NCBI GenBank assembly: GCA_002269645.1
Contig: NIVC01003651.1
Coordinates: 1-21,300 of the forward strand
Length of the DNA stretch: 21,300 bases
From: Macrostomum lignano
Taxonomy: Eukaryota
Reading direction: 5' to 3'
This document shows, piece by piece, positions 1 to 9,884 of the stretch. The position numbers and the translations under genes are program-made. Within the stretch, counting starts at the first letter, position 1, and each line of letters begins with the position of its first letter. The notes beneath the pieces are model-generated. The model saw nothing but the letters and a program-made list of their open reading frames with translations, did not search any database and was not told the DNA's origin.

Positions 1-49
1 TTTTCAAAATCTTTGTTTATTAATCCTTTCTTTCAACTTTCCTGCCAGA

Positions 50-1167
50 CCGCTCTCCCCCTTTTTCCCAATCTCCCAGTTCCCGCTCTCCCCTTTCTGA
101 TTCTCCCCAATCTCCCAGTTCCCGCTCTCCCCTTTCTGATTCTCCCCAATCTCCCAGTTCCCGCTCTCCCCTTTCTAATTCTCCCCAATCTCCCAGTTCT
201 TGCTCTCCCCTTTCTAATTCTCCCCAATCTCCCAGTTCCGCTCTCCCCTTTCTAATTCTCCCCAATCTCCCAGTTCTTGCTCTCCCCTTTCTAATTCTCC
301 CCAATCTCCCAGTTCCGCTCTCCCCTTTCTAATTCTCCCCAATCTTCCAGTTCTTGCTCTCCCCTTTCTAATTCTCCCCAATCTCCCAGTTCTTGCTCTC
401 CCCTTTCTAATTCTCCCCAATCTCCCAGTTCCGCTCTCCCCTTTCCAATTCTCCCCAATCTCCCAGTTCCGCTCTCCCCTTTCCAATTCTCCCCAATCTC
501 CCAGTTCCGCTCTCCCCTTTCCAATTCTCCCCAATCTCCCAGTTCCGCTCTCCCCTTTCTATTTAACCCCAATCTCCCAGTTCCCGTTATCCCATTTCTA
601 ATTCTCCCCAATCTCCCAGTTCCCGTTATCCCATTTCTAATTCTCCCCAATCTCCCAGTTCCTGCTCTCCCATTTCTAATTCTCCCCAATCTCCCAGTTC
701 CCACTCTCCCATTTCTAATTCTCCCCAATCTCCCAGTTCCCGCTCTCCCCTTTCCAATTCTCCCAATCTCCAGTTCCCGCTCTCCCCTTTCTAATTCTCC
801 CAATCTCTCAGTTCCCGTTATCCCATTTCTAATTCTCCCCAATCTCCCAGTTCCGTTATCCCTTTCTAATTCTCCCCAATCTCCCAGTTCCGCTCTCCCC
901 TTTCCAATTCTCCCCAATCTCCCAGTTCCGCTCTCCCCTTTCCAATTCTCCCCAATCTCCCAGTTCCGCTCTCCCCTTTCTATTTAACCCCAATCTCCCA
1001 GTTCCCGTTATCCCATTTCTAATTCTCCCCAATCTCCCAGTTCCCGCTCTCCCCTTTCCAATTCTCCCCCAATCCTCTCCCAGTTCCCGCTCTCCCCTTT
1101 CCAATTCTCCCCAATCCTCTCCCAGTTCCCGCTCTCCCCTTTCTGATTCTCCCAATCTCCCAGTTCC
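50..1167. repeat. Minisatellite, 38-39-bp unit (TTCCCGCTCTCCCCTTTCTAATTCTCCCCAATCTCCCAG), about 29 copies, pyrimidine-rich on +; probably intronic
   Basis: Direct tandem repetition; the 13-aa periodicity in the ORF track (LPFLILPNLPVPA) equals 39 bp. It lies just downstream of the minus-strand donor at 1195. Confidence 0.95.
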
Positions 1168-1195
1168 AGCTACTTGAATGCCCTACAGTGCTCAC

Positions 1196-1374
1196 CCACA
1201 ATGTAGACGCGCATCTCCTGGCCGGTGGCAGGCCTGGTGTACAGCGTCAGAATTAGATCAGCAATGTCCTCAGAGTAAGCCGCGGCGGCGGGCTGCAGCA
1301 GCAGCAGTTTGACATCGGCGGCCTTTCTGTCGGACATCCTGGAAGTGCCGTGGTGGGGGCTGCGGCGGTGTAGG
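1196..1374 (-). CDS. Probable internal coding exon (phase 2 in, phase 1 out) of an uncharacterised multi-exon gene: (S)LHRRSPHHGTSRMSDRKAADVKLLLLQPAAAAYSEDIADLILTLYTRPATGQEMRVYIV(G)
   Basis: GC-rich island between two minisatellites. Acceptor tctcccactcttatcttcttaAG at 1376-1375 and donor G|GTGAGC at 1195. Only one frame stays open across the exon. Confidence 0.6.
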
Positions 1375-1734
1375 CTTAAGAAGATAAGAGTGGGAGAGAT
1401 TACGAATAAGATCGCGAGTTTCTTTTCCATATAGTCGGGGCAGAACTTAGTTGTTTCATTTTTTCATCTCGACAAAAAATGTTGATTTTCGCTGGCGCTG
1501 CTGGTGCTAAAGCCCTTTAAAGCTTCACGAAAGCCTTAAATTTGATGAAGAGAACGAGAGCTCTAGGCTCTGTGTGGAGAGCTTCATGATCCAGTGTAGA
1601 GGACAGAGATAAAAAGCAATTCAAAAATAGCATTGCGCGCCAACGTGAATATGCACAGATGCTACCAAAATAACCTGCCAAGTTCCCTCGGATTTGTAAT
1701 ATAGCGAAGTTCGGCAAGATTTAAGGATTTAAAA

Positions 1735-2372
1735 TGACGCCAGATTAGAATTTGAAAAGGCGCCGGTTTAGAATTTGAAATGGCGCCAATTTAGGATTTG
1801 AAATGGCCCCAATTTAGAATTTGAAATGGCGCCAATTTAGGATTTGAAATGGCCCCAATTTAGGATTTGAGATGGCGCCAGATTAGGATTTGAAAAGATG
1901 CCAGATTAGAATTTGAAATGGCGCCAGATTAGAATTTGAAAAGGCCCCAGATTAGAATTTGAAATGGTGCCAGATTAGAATTTGAAATGGCGCCAGATTA
2001 GGATTTGAAAAAGCCCCAGATTAGAATTTGAAATGGCGCCAGATTAGAATTTGAAGTGGCGCCAGTTTAGGATTTGAAAAGGCGCCAGATTAGAATTTGA
2101 AATGGCGCCAGATTAGAATTTGAAGTGGCGCCAGTTTAGGATTTGAAAAGGCGCCAGATTAGAATTTGAAATGGCGCCAGATTAGAATTTGAACTGGCGC
2201 CAGTTTAGGATTTGAAAAGGCGCCAGATTAGAATTTGAAATGACCCCAGATTAGAATTTGAAAAAGCCCCAGATTAGAATTTGAAAAGGCGCCAGATTAG
2301 AATTTGAAATGGCACCAGATTAGAATTTGAAGTGGCGCCAGTTTAGGATTTGAAATAGCGCCAGTTTAGGAA
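1735..2372. repeat. Minisatellite, 23-bp unit (AAATGGCGCCAGATTAGAATTTG), about 28 copies
   Basis: Direct tandem repetition with a GGCGCC palindrome in most units; variant trimers recur. Confidence 0.95.
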
Positions 2373-2442
2373 TCAAGACGACCCCTCGATCAATATTGAT
2401 CTGATGAGGATACGAGAGTCGGATATCCAAGGTATTTCTCAC

Positions 2443-2531
2443 CTTTCCACCTTGCCTCCGAGTCGCTCTTCTGCCTCATCAATGCAGCAGAAGTATCCGG
2501 CTGGCAACTTCAGGCTGAGTCGATATAAAAT
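2443..2531 (-). CDS. Candidate coding exon (phase 0 in, phase 2 out): ILYRLSLKLPAGYFCCIDEAEERLGGKVE(S)
   Basis: Bounded by a TAG acceptor (2533-2532, weak pyrimidine tract) and donor AAG|GTGAGA (2442). It is 89 nt long and phase-compatible with exon 1196..1374. Confidence 0.45.
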
Positions 2532-2831
2532 CTATCTTATCCTTGAAGCAGAAATGCTTGCTCTGCTATTAGCCAGAAGAGAACTTGGCAGGATTCAGGA
2601 AGCAAGCAAGCTGCTATTCTATTCTAGGGGTGGGGTGCGCCCAGTAGCGTGTAGAGCTGAAAAGCACGAGAGTTTGCATTTATCAGTCGCAGAATACCCC
2701 GGAGACTGCAGTGCACGCGGCCTTATCTGCGTTCGTATCTGCGCACACTGCATGCACTGTGACAGTGAGGGGTGGCCGCCCCCGCCACCCCACAAAAGCA
2801 TTTATAATTACACTTGCGCACACAAGCGCAC

Positions 2832-2948
2832 AATGGTCGGGCAGCTGTTGTAAATCTCAGGCAGCCAGTCCCGTGCCTTGGCATAAACACTGCATGCACG
2901 GCCAAGTACAGCATGGAGCCGGTTGAGTTTAATTAAGGGAACTTCCAT
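2832..2948 (-). CDS. Candidate first coding exon: MEVPLIKLNRLHAVLGRACSVYAKARDWLPEIYNSCPTI
   Basis: ATG at 2948 and open frame to a phase-0 donor (ATT|GTGCGC at 2831, or CAA|GTGTAA at 2813). Phase-compatible with exon 2443..2531. Strong acceptor (cacttttgcAG) at 3034-3033 upstream. Confidence 0.4.
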
Positions 2949-3050
2949 CCTCTCCTCAATAAAAATATTTTATCTTTTTTTTAGAAGAAGGATTGATAAT
3001 ACAGGCTGGCACAGGCCAACGGGAAAGTAGTGCTGCAAAAGTGCAAGTTG

Positions 3051-5170
3051 ATTCCAATGCACACTAACCCCAATTCCAATGCACACTCACCCCAATTCCA
3101 ATGCACACTCACCCCAATTCCAATGCACACTCACCCCAATTCCAATGCACACTCACCCCAATTCCAATGCACACTCACCCCAATTCCAATGCACACTCAC
3201 CCCAATTCCAATGTACACTCACCCCCAATTCCAATGTACACTCACCCCAATTCCAATGCACACTCACCCCAATTCCAATGCACACTCACCCCAATTCCAA
3301 TGCACACTCACCCCAATTCCAATGCACACTCACCCCAATTCCAATGCACACTCACCCCAATTCCAATGCACACTCACCCCAATTCCAATGCACACTCACC
3401 CCAATTCCAATGCACACTCACCCCAATTCCAATGTACACTCACCCCCAATTCCAATGTACACTCACCCCAATTCCAATGCACACTCACCCCAATTCCAAT
3501 GCACACTCACCCCAATTCCAATGCACACTCACCCCAATTCCAATGAACACTCACCCCCAAATTCCAATGCACACTCACCTCAATTCCAATGCACACTAAC
3601 CCCAATTCCAATGCACACTCACCCTCAATTCCAATGCACACTCACCTCAATTCCAATGCACACTCACCCCAATTCCAATGCACACTCACCCCAATTCCAA
3701 TGCACACTCACCTCAATTCCAATGCACACTAACCCAATTCCAATGCACACTCACCCCAATTCCAATGTACACTCACCCCAATTCCAATGAACACTCACCC
3801 CCAAATTCCAATGCACACTAACCCCAATTCCAATGAACACTTACCCCAATTCCAATGTACACTCACCCCAATTCCAATGCACACTCACCCCAATTCCAAT
3901 GCACACTAACCCCAATTCCAATGAGCACTCACCCCCAATTCCAATGTACACTAACCCCAATTCCAATGCACACTCACCCCCAATTCCAATGAGCACTCAC
4001 CCCCAATTCCAATGTACACTCACCCTCAATTCCAATGAGCACTCACCCCAATTCCAATGTACACTCACCCCCAATTCCAATGTACACTCACCCCAATTCC
4101 AATGTACACTCACCCCCAATTCCAATGTACACTAACCCCAATTCCAATGTACACTCACCCCCAATTCCAATGCACAATCACCCCAATTCCAATGTACACT
4201 CACCCCAATTCCAATGCACACTCACCCCAATTCCAATGTACACTAACCCCAATTCCAATGTACACTAACCCCAATTCCAATGCACACTAACCCCAATTCC
4301 AATGAACACTCACCCCAAATTCCAATGCACACTCATCCCAATTCCAATGTACACTCACCCCAATTCCAATGTACACTAACCCTAATTCCAATGAACACTC
4401 ACCCCCAATTCCAATGCACACTCATCCCAATTCCAATGCACACTCACCCCAATTCCAATGCACACTCACCCTCAATTCCAATGAGCACTCACCCCAATTC
4501 CAATGTACACTCACCCCCAATTCCAATGAGCACTCACCCCAATTCCAATGCACACTCATCCCAATTCCAATGCACACTCACCCCCAATTCCAATGTACAC
4601 TCACCCCAATTCCAATGCACTCACCCCAATTCCAATGCACACTCACCCCAATTCCAATGTACACACACCCCAATTCCAATGCACTCACCCCAATTCCAAT
4701 GCACACTCACCCCAATTCCAATGCACTCACCCCAATTCCAATGCACACTCACCCCAATTCCAATGAACACTAACCCCAATTCCAATGTACACACACCCCA
4801 ATTCCAATGTACACTAACCCCAATTCCAATGTACACTCACCCCCAATTCCAATGTACACTAACCCCAATTCCAATGTACACTCACCCCCAATTCCAATGC
4901 ACACTCACCCCAATTCCAATGCACTCACCCCAATTCCAATGTACACTCACCCCAATTCCAATGTACACACACCCCAATTCCAATGTACACTCACCCCAAT
5001 TCTAATGCACTCACCCCAATTCCAATGTACACTCACCCCAATTCCAATGTACACTCACCCCAATTCCAATGTACACACACCCCAATTCCAATGTACACTC
5101 ACCCCAATTCTAATGCACACACACCCCCAATTCCAATGTACACTCACCCCAATTCCAATGTACACTTACC
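3051..5170. repeat. Minisatellite, 22-bp core unit (CCCCAATTCCAATGCACACTCA) with 20- and 23-bp variants, about 95 copies, C/A-rich on +
   Basis: Direct tandem repetition. All MHTHPNSNAHSPQFQCTLTPIP-type ORFs are its 66-bp three-frame translation. Confidence 0.97.
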
Positions 5171-5763
5171 CGGTTAACCCTCAAAAAGGAGAAAAAGCGA
5201 ATAATTTTCCAGCCAAAGCAGTGATGAGAATAAAAATGACAGTTAGAAATAGTTTTAGTTGTTTATTTTTGGCTTTGAATAAAGCCACAACATGAAGCAA
5301 TGTCAGAGGCGAAAAGGAAAATTTATAAGTTCATATTACAAGCAAATTTCTTATCGCATCAATATCACTGAATATGATCAACAGAAGCAATTAAAAACAG
5401 AGCATGAAACAACAACTCCTGTAAGGAGCTTTTATGAGTAAAAACTGGCTAAAAATGATAAAATCTTTTGTACACAGACAAGGGTTGACCGCTAAAACAC
5501 TGTAGTTTAAAACAATTTAAATTTTTTCGATTCACCCACCACCAAACGAACCACAACTGAGACACTTGCCACGCCGATTTGTGCCACAAGCGCGCATACG
5601 CACGTATTACTACTGACTTGCCAGTACAGTCAGTAGAGCAAGGCGAACGTAGCGCGCAAATTTAAACGTGTATCAAAAAAGAAAGAATTGAAGGTTCTAA
5701 AAAATTTATGGGCCAACTAAAGCAAAACGACGCCTTCAGCGCTCGCAAGTGCGTGCATGTCGC

Positions 5764-8075
5764 TTACAGCAGGCGGTGCGGGGCTGCCAAGGCGCCGGAG
5801 CAGCGGGCGGCGGCCAGCACTTGTCGGCAGCACTCGGGCCCCGGCGGCAGCTGCTGCTGCTGCTGGCGGCGTTGATGCCGGCGACTGTCGTCGTTTGTAG
5901 CCGCCGCCGATGTCGCCGCCAGCTCGTCGCGCAGCACCTGGAGCGGCGTGTCGGCGCCAGCTGCCGCGGCCCAGTGAGCGGCTTCGGACGGCCCGGCGAC
6001 CACGACAACGAGGCCAGTAGGAAGCGATGGCGTCATGCCGGCCAGGGATTCGCGGAGCCGACGCAGATAGGCATCGTCGGTCGGATCGCAGGCCGGCAGC
6101 AGCACCACCGGCAGGTAGTTGCGCTTGGCGCAGGCGACGAGAACGTCGGCAGGATCGGCCGTAGCGGCGGCGGCGCCGGCGCCCGACTTCGAGTAGCGTC
6201 GAGAGGACCGGCGGAAGGACAGTCCGTCGCGAAGCAGTCTTGCAGCTTGCTGAATTCGCGGACGCTGCTGCCACCGTGGCAGCTTTGACTCTGACCGGTT
6301 GTTGGCGACCTCCGCAAGCAGCTCGCCGGAGGACCAGATGCTGGCTGGCTGGCCGCTGCTGGCCAGGTAGTTCGCCAGGTAGGCAGCTCTGCCAGCCTGC
6401 GATGGCGGGTGAAAAATCACGGCGCGGACTGGTGCGGACGAGGGCAACCGAGCCGCTGACGACGGCGGAGGCTGCGGCAGCGACGGCTGCTCCGGCTTAG
6501 CGACAGGCGTCCCGAGACTGCGCCTGGCTCCGGTCAGGACCACCGAATTCTGATTTTTGTCACCCGGCTTCCGCTGCTCGTGCGTGCGATTCAAAATATA
6601 GCTCTGGCGTCGCTTGTGAAATCGGCGCCGAGTGCTGGTGCTGCTGCTGCCGCCGGCCGCTTCTGGCCAAAACCTCTGCGGAGCTGCAAGCGTCGTTGCC
6701 GGCGCCGCCATGGTGGCAGCTCGGCGCAGACGCGGCATGGTGGCCGTCGTGGTCACGGATGCTGGCAAGGTTGTCGGCGTCGGCGTCGGCAGAACCCGGA
6801 CGCGGATGAAGCTGAACTCGTCGGTCGCCGGCTCCGAGCCCGTGGCGCTCAGCCGACGCCAACCGTCGGGACAGTCGACACCTGACGTTTCCCGAGGAGT
6901 TGTCGTCGAAGTGCCCGAAACCTCGGCGCTGACTGCAGCTTGGCCTCGAGCGAGCTCGACCAGGTCGGAACCGGCCGTCGCATTCGCCTTGTCAGCGGCG
7001 TCGTCAGCGGTCTCGGCCAGCAGCAGCAGCTCGTCCAAATCGACGCATTCGCCGGTATTTGGGCCATCGGCGACCTCTTTGCCAGTGAAATCCGCGGAAC
7101 CTTGCGGGTCGACTTCGTCCGGCAGGTTCTCAAGGATGCTATCCAGGTAGATTTCCACTATGTTGGAGTCGTCGTCGCTTCGGACGTCCGATTGATCGTC
7201 GAACCTCTCGACTGTAGGAATGGCCTCGTCCTTAAAGCAGCCGTTGTGCGCAGTATCGTCCGGGTCGCTCCGCGCCTGACTGCTGGTCTCCTCCGGACTG
7301 CCCACCATCTTGATTGGACAGACGCTGGTGTCTCCGCTGCCGTCCCAGGTTCGACGCTGCAGCCGATCTGACTGGTGCATCCGGCGGCGCTGCCGGCGTC
7401 GAGCCATCTTGCCGGCGTCGACTGCCTCAGAGGTTCCGGCCGGACTGCCGGCTGGCGACGATGTTCGCCAGCGAAGCACCGAGTCGACTAGCGAGGGCAG
7501 CGAGAGACGAGAGTCGATTGAGAGACGAGACGGTGACGAAGTCGCTAGCGGTAGATGGTGCCTGCTTGGGTGAGCCAATTGTGGATGGCTTGTCTGGGTA
7601 GTAAGTTAGCAGCATAAGGACCGCACAGCAGTCATTGCTGCACACCTGAGCCGCACACACGGCATCAATCACTGCACACCTGAGCCACACACACACACGG
7701 CATCAATCACTGCACAGCCAGTCAACTTCCAAATGTCACCCACCTGCTCGTCACGCACTGAGCTGCTGTCGGAAAGACCTCCACAACCGTGGACCTCAGA
7801 CGGGTTTCAGCAGACTCGCCAGAGTTCACCTGCCGAACTGTCAGCGACATTGGTGATGATGTCGAAGTTCTAGATGACGTCATGGACAGATCTGGAGACG
7901 ATGGAAACAGCATGGACTGGGGCCGGTAGACCAGCACAGACTCCTCCTCAGTGTCGTCAGTCATGGCTGCTGGATTCTGTCTCCTGGCTTTGAATGCGGC
8001 GAAACAGCAGAGCTGATTTGGTCGACTAGCTTTGAGCAATAACTCGGCTGGCTCAGGAAAGAGTAGCTTAGCCAT
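5764..8075 (-). CDS. Uncharacterised protein (about 670-710 aa) with a Ser/Asp/Thr-rich disordered N-terminus and a C-terminal alpha/beta domain, tentatively TIR/SEFIR-like; model join(7744..8075 or 7964, 5764..7561)
   Basis: 1.8-kb GC-rich open frame 5764..7578, whose listed start is TTG, so an upstream exon is needed. In-frame ATGs at 8075 and 7964 (gcagccATGA). Donor CAG|GTGGGT at 7743 joins in phase 2 to acceptor AG at 7563-7562. The domain call rests on my motif reading only. Confidence 0.7.
7636..7715. repeat. Short imperfect tandem duplication (about 35-40-bp unit, GCACACCTGAGCC(G/A)CACACACGGCATCAATCACT) inside intron 1
   Basis: Two full copies plus a partial copy; they differ by a (CA)n expansion. 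Confidence 0.8.
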
Positions 8076-8839
8076 AATTGGATAATTCTTACTTAACAAT
8101 TTATTTATAGCTTCAGAAAAAAATTGAGGCGACACGACTCGTCTCAGGATGCTTGGCTCGAGTAATTTTGCAGAGCTCAGTGTGTCAGCCACACAATGTT
8201 TACTTGGCAATTAAGAGATATTTTGAGCTAGACACGTTTCCCCCTCTCACCTGCAGCTCTCTACCAGTTACATCATGCAGAGTCTACGCTTGGGCCGGGG
8301 GTTTGGGGCTGGTCCTGCATTGATTACGCAATAGGGGGACACCCACCACCCCAATTTCTGCATACGTGCAGTGTGCAGTTCCAATGAATGTGGCTGACAC
8401 ACTGTAATTTATGATATTTTTATCTTGCGGTTTACAACAATGGCACAGTGGGCTGCTGTTGATATTGTACGCAATTTAAAGACTAATTTCTAATTGCATC
8501 ACAGCTCAATACCATATATGGCAGTTGAGACGCTAATTAAAGGTTGGATGAAATTCCAATCAATGCAACATGCTGACGGAGACAAGCAACTCAGTGACTT
8601 GCTCAACTGGAAATATTCCTTGGCGTCTCTAAGTGTCAACGCTTGAGTGAGCGCATGACCCCTGTCTCTGCCGCGTTTTCTGACACCGCCGTGTCTTCTC
8701 TCTCTGACAACTCAAATGCAAAACTTACGAGTATATTGGTTAATGCAGTATTTCCCACACAACATTTTTTTCAAATTCTTCCTTTCAAGTTAAATAAGTT
8801 TTGAATCTTTTTCTGCGTCAACGAACACCTTGATGTGAT

Positions 8840-9411
8840 GTGACCCACTCTCTCCTTGTGTCTCAGTGACCCACTCTCTCCTTGTGTCTCAGTGACCCAC
8901 TCTCTCCTTGTGTCTCAGTGACCCACTCTCTCCTTGTGTCTCAGTGACCCACTCTCTCCTTGTGTCTCAGTGACCCACTCTCTCCTTGTGTCTCAGTGAC
9001 CCACTCTCTCCTTGTGTCTCAGTGACCCACTCTCTCCTTGTGTCTCAGTGACCCACTCTCTCCTTGTGTCTCAGGGACCCACTCTCTCCTTGTGCCTCAG
9101 TGACCCACTCTCTCCTTGTGTCTCAGTGACCCACTCTCTCCTTGTGTCTCAGTGACCCACTCTCTCCTTGTGTCTCAGTGACCCACTCTCTCCTTGTGTC
9201 TCAGTGACCCACTCTCTCCTTGTGTCTCAGTGACCCACTCTCTCCTTGTGTCTCAGTGACCCACTCTCTCCTTGTGTCTCAGTGACCCACTCTCTCCTTG
9301 TGTCTCAGTGACCCACTCTCTCCTTGTGTCTCAGTGACCCACTCTCTCCTTGTGTCTCAGTGACCCACTCTCTCCTTGTGTCTCAGTGACCCACTCTCTC
9401 CTTGTGTCTCA
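8840..9411. repeat. Minisatellite, 26-bp unit (GTGACCCACTCTCTCCTTGTGTCTCA), 22 near-perfect copies
   Basis: Unit starts fall at 8840+26n; only isolated substitutions. Confidence 0.97.
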
Positions 9412-9884
9412 GTGACCCACTCTCTCCTAATTGTGTCTGCCTCAGTGATCACTCTCTCCTAATTGTGTCTGCCTCAGTGACCCACTCTCTCCTAATTGTG
9501 TCTGCCTCAGTGACCCACTCTCTCCTAATTGTGTCTGCCTCAGTGACCCACTCTCTCCTAATTGTGTCTGCCTCAGTGACCCACTCTCTCCTAATTGTGT
9601 CTGCCTCAGTGACCCACTCTCTCCTAATTGTGTCTGCCTCAGTGACCCACTCTCTCCTAATTGTGTCTGCCTCAGTGACCCACTCTCTCCTAATTGTGTC
9701 TGCCTCAGTGACCCACTCTCTCCTAATTGTGTCTGCCTCAGTGACCCACTCTCTCCTAATTGTGTCTGCCTCAGTGACCCACTCTCTCCTAATTGTGTCT
9801 GCCTCAGTGACCCACTCTCTCCTAATTGTGTCTGCCTCAGTGACCCACTCTCTCCTAATTGTGTCTGCCTCAGTGACCCACTCA
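9412..9884. repeat. Minisatellite, 33-bp unit (GTGACCCACTCTCTCCTAATTGTGTCTGCCTCA), 14 copies plus a partial
   Basis: Direct repetition, giving the 11-aa periodic ORFs (e.g. THSLLIVSASV). The unit is the 26-bp unit plus AAT and GCCT insertions. Confidence 0.97.

Noticed and set aside
13-1201. ORFs over the 39-bp array (LPFLILPNLPVPA, GRIRKGRAG, ELGDWGELER repeats)
   Set aside because: Pure translation of a minisatellite, open in several frames on both strands, with unit indels.
1375-1430. ORF 1170..1430 as a type II membrane protein (e.g. glycosyltransferase) with an N-terminal signal anchor
   Set aside because: The hydrophobic stretch coincides with a polypyrimidine tract ending in a phase-compatible AG, and no catalytic motif is recognisable. 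It is better read as intron.
1735-2372. GGCGCC plus TTTGAA in each unit as CDE/CHR or E2F sites
   Set aside because: The spacing is 9 bp rather than the 4 bp of CDE/CHR, and there is no TTTSSCGC consensus.
3030-5295. His/Pro/Asn-rich ORFs (MHTHPNSNAHSPQFQCTLTPIP)
   Set aside because: Three-frame translation of the 22-bp repeat; ORFs end at random variant stops.
5717-7696. Many overlapping plus-strand and alternative-frame ORFs
   Set aside because: Shadow ORFs of a GC-rich CDS; Arg/Ala-rich with no domain signal.
8840-9884. CRISPR-like array or repeat-protein CDS
   Set aside because: Units are head-to-tail with no unique spacers, no cas genes are present, and the context is eukaryotic.
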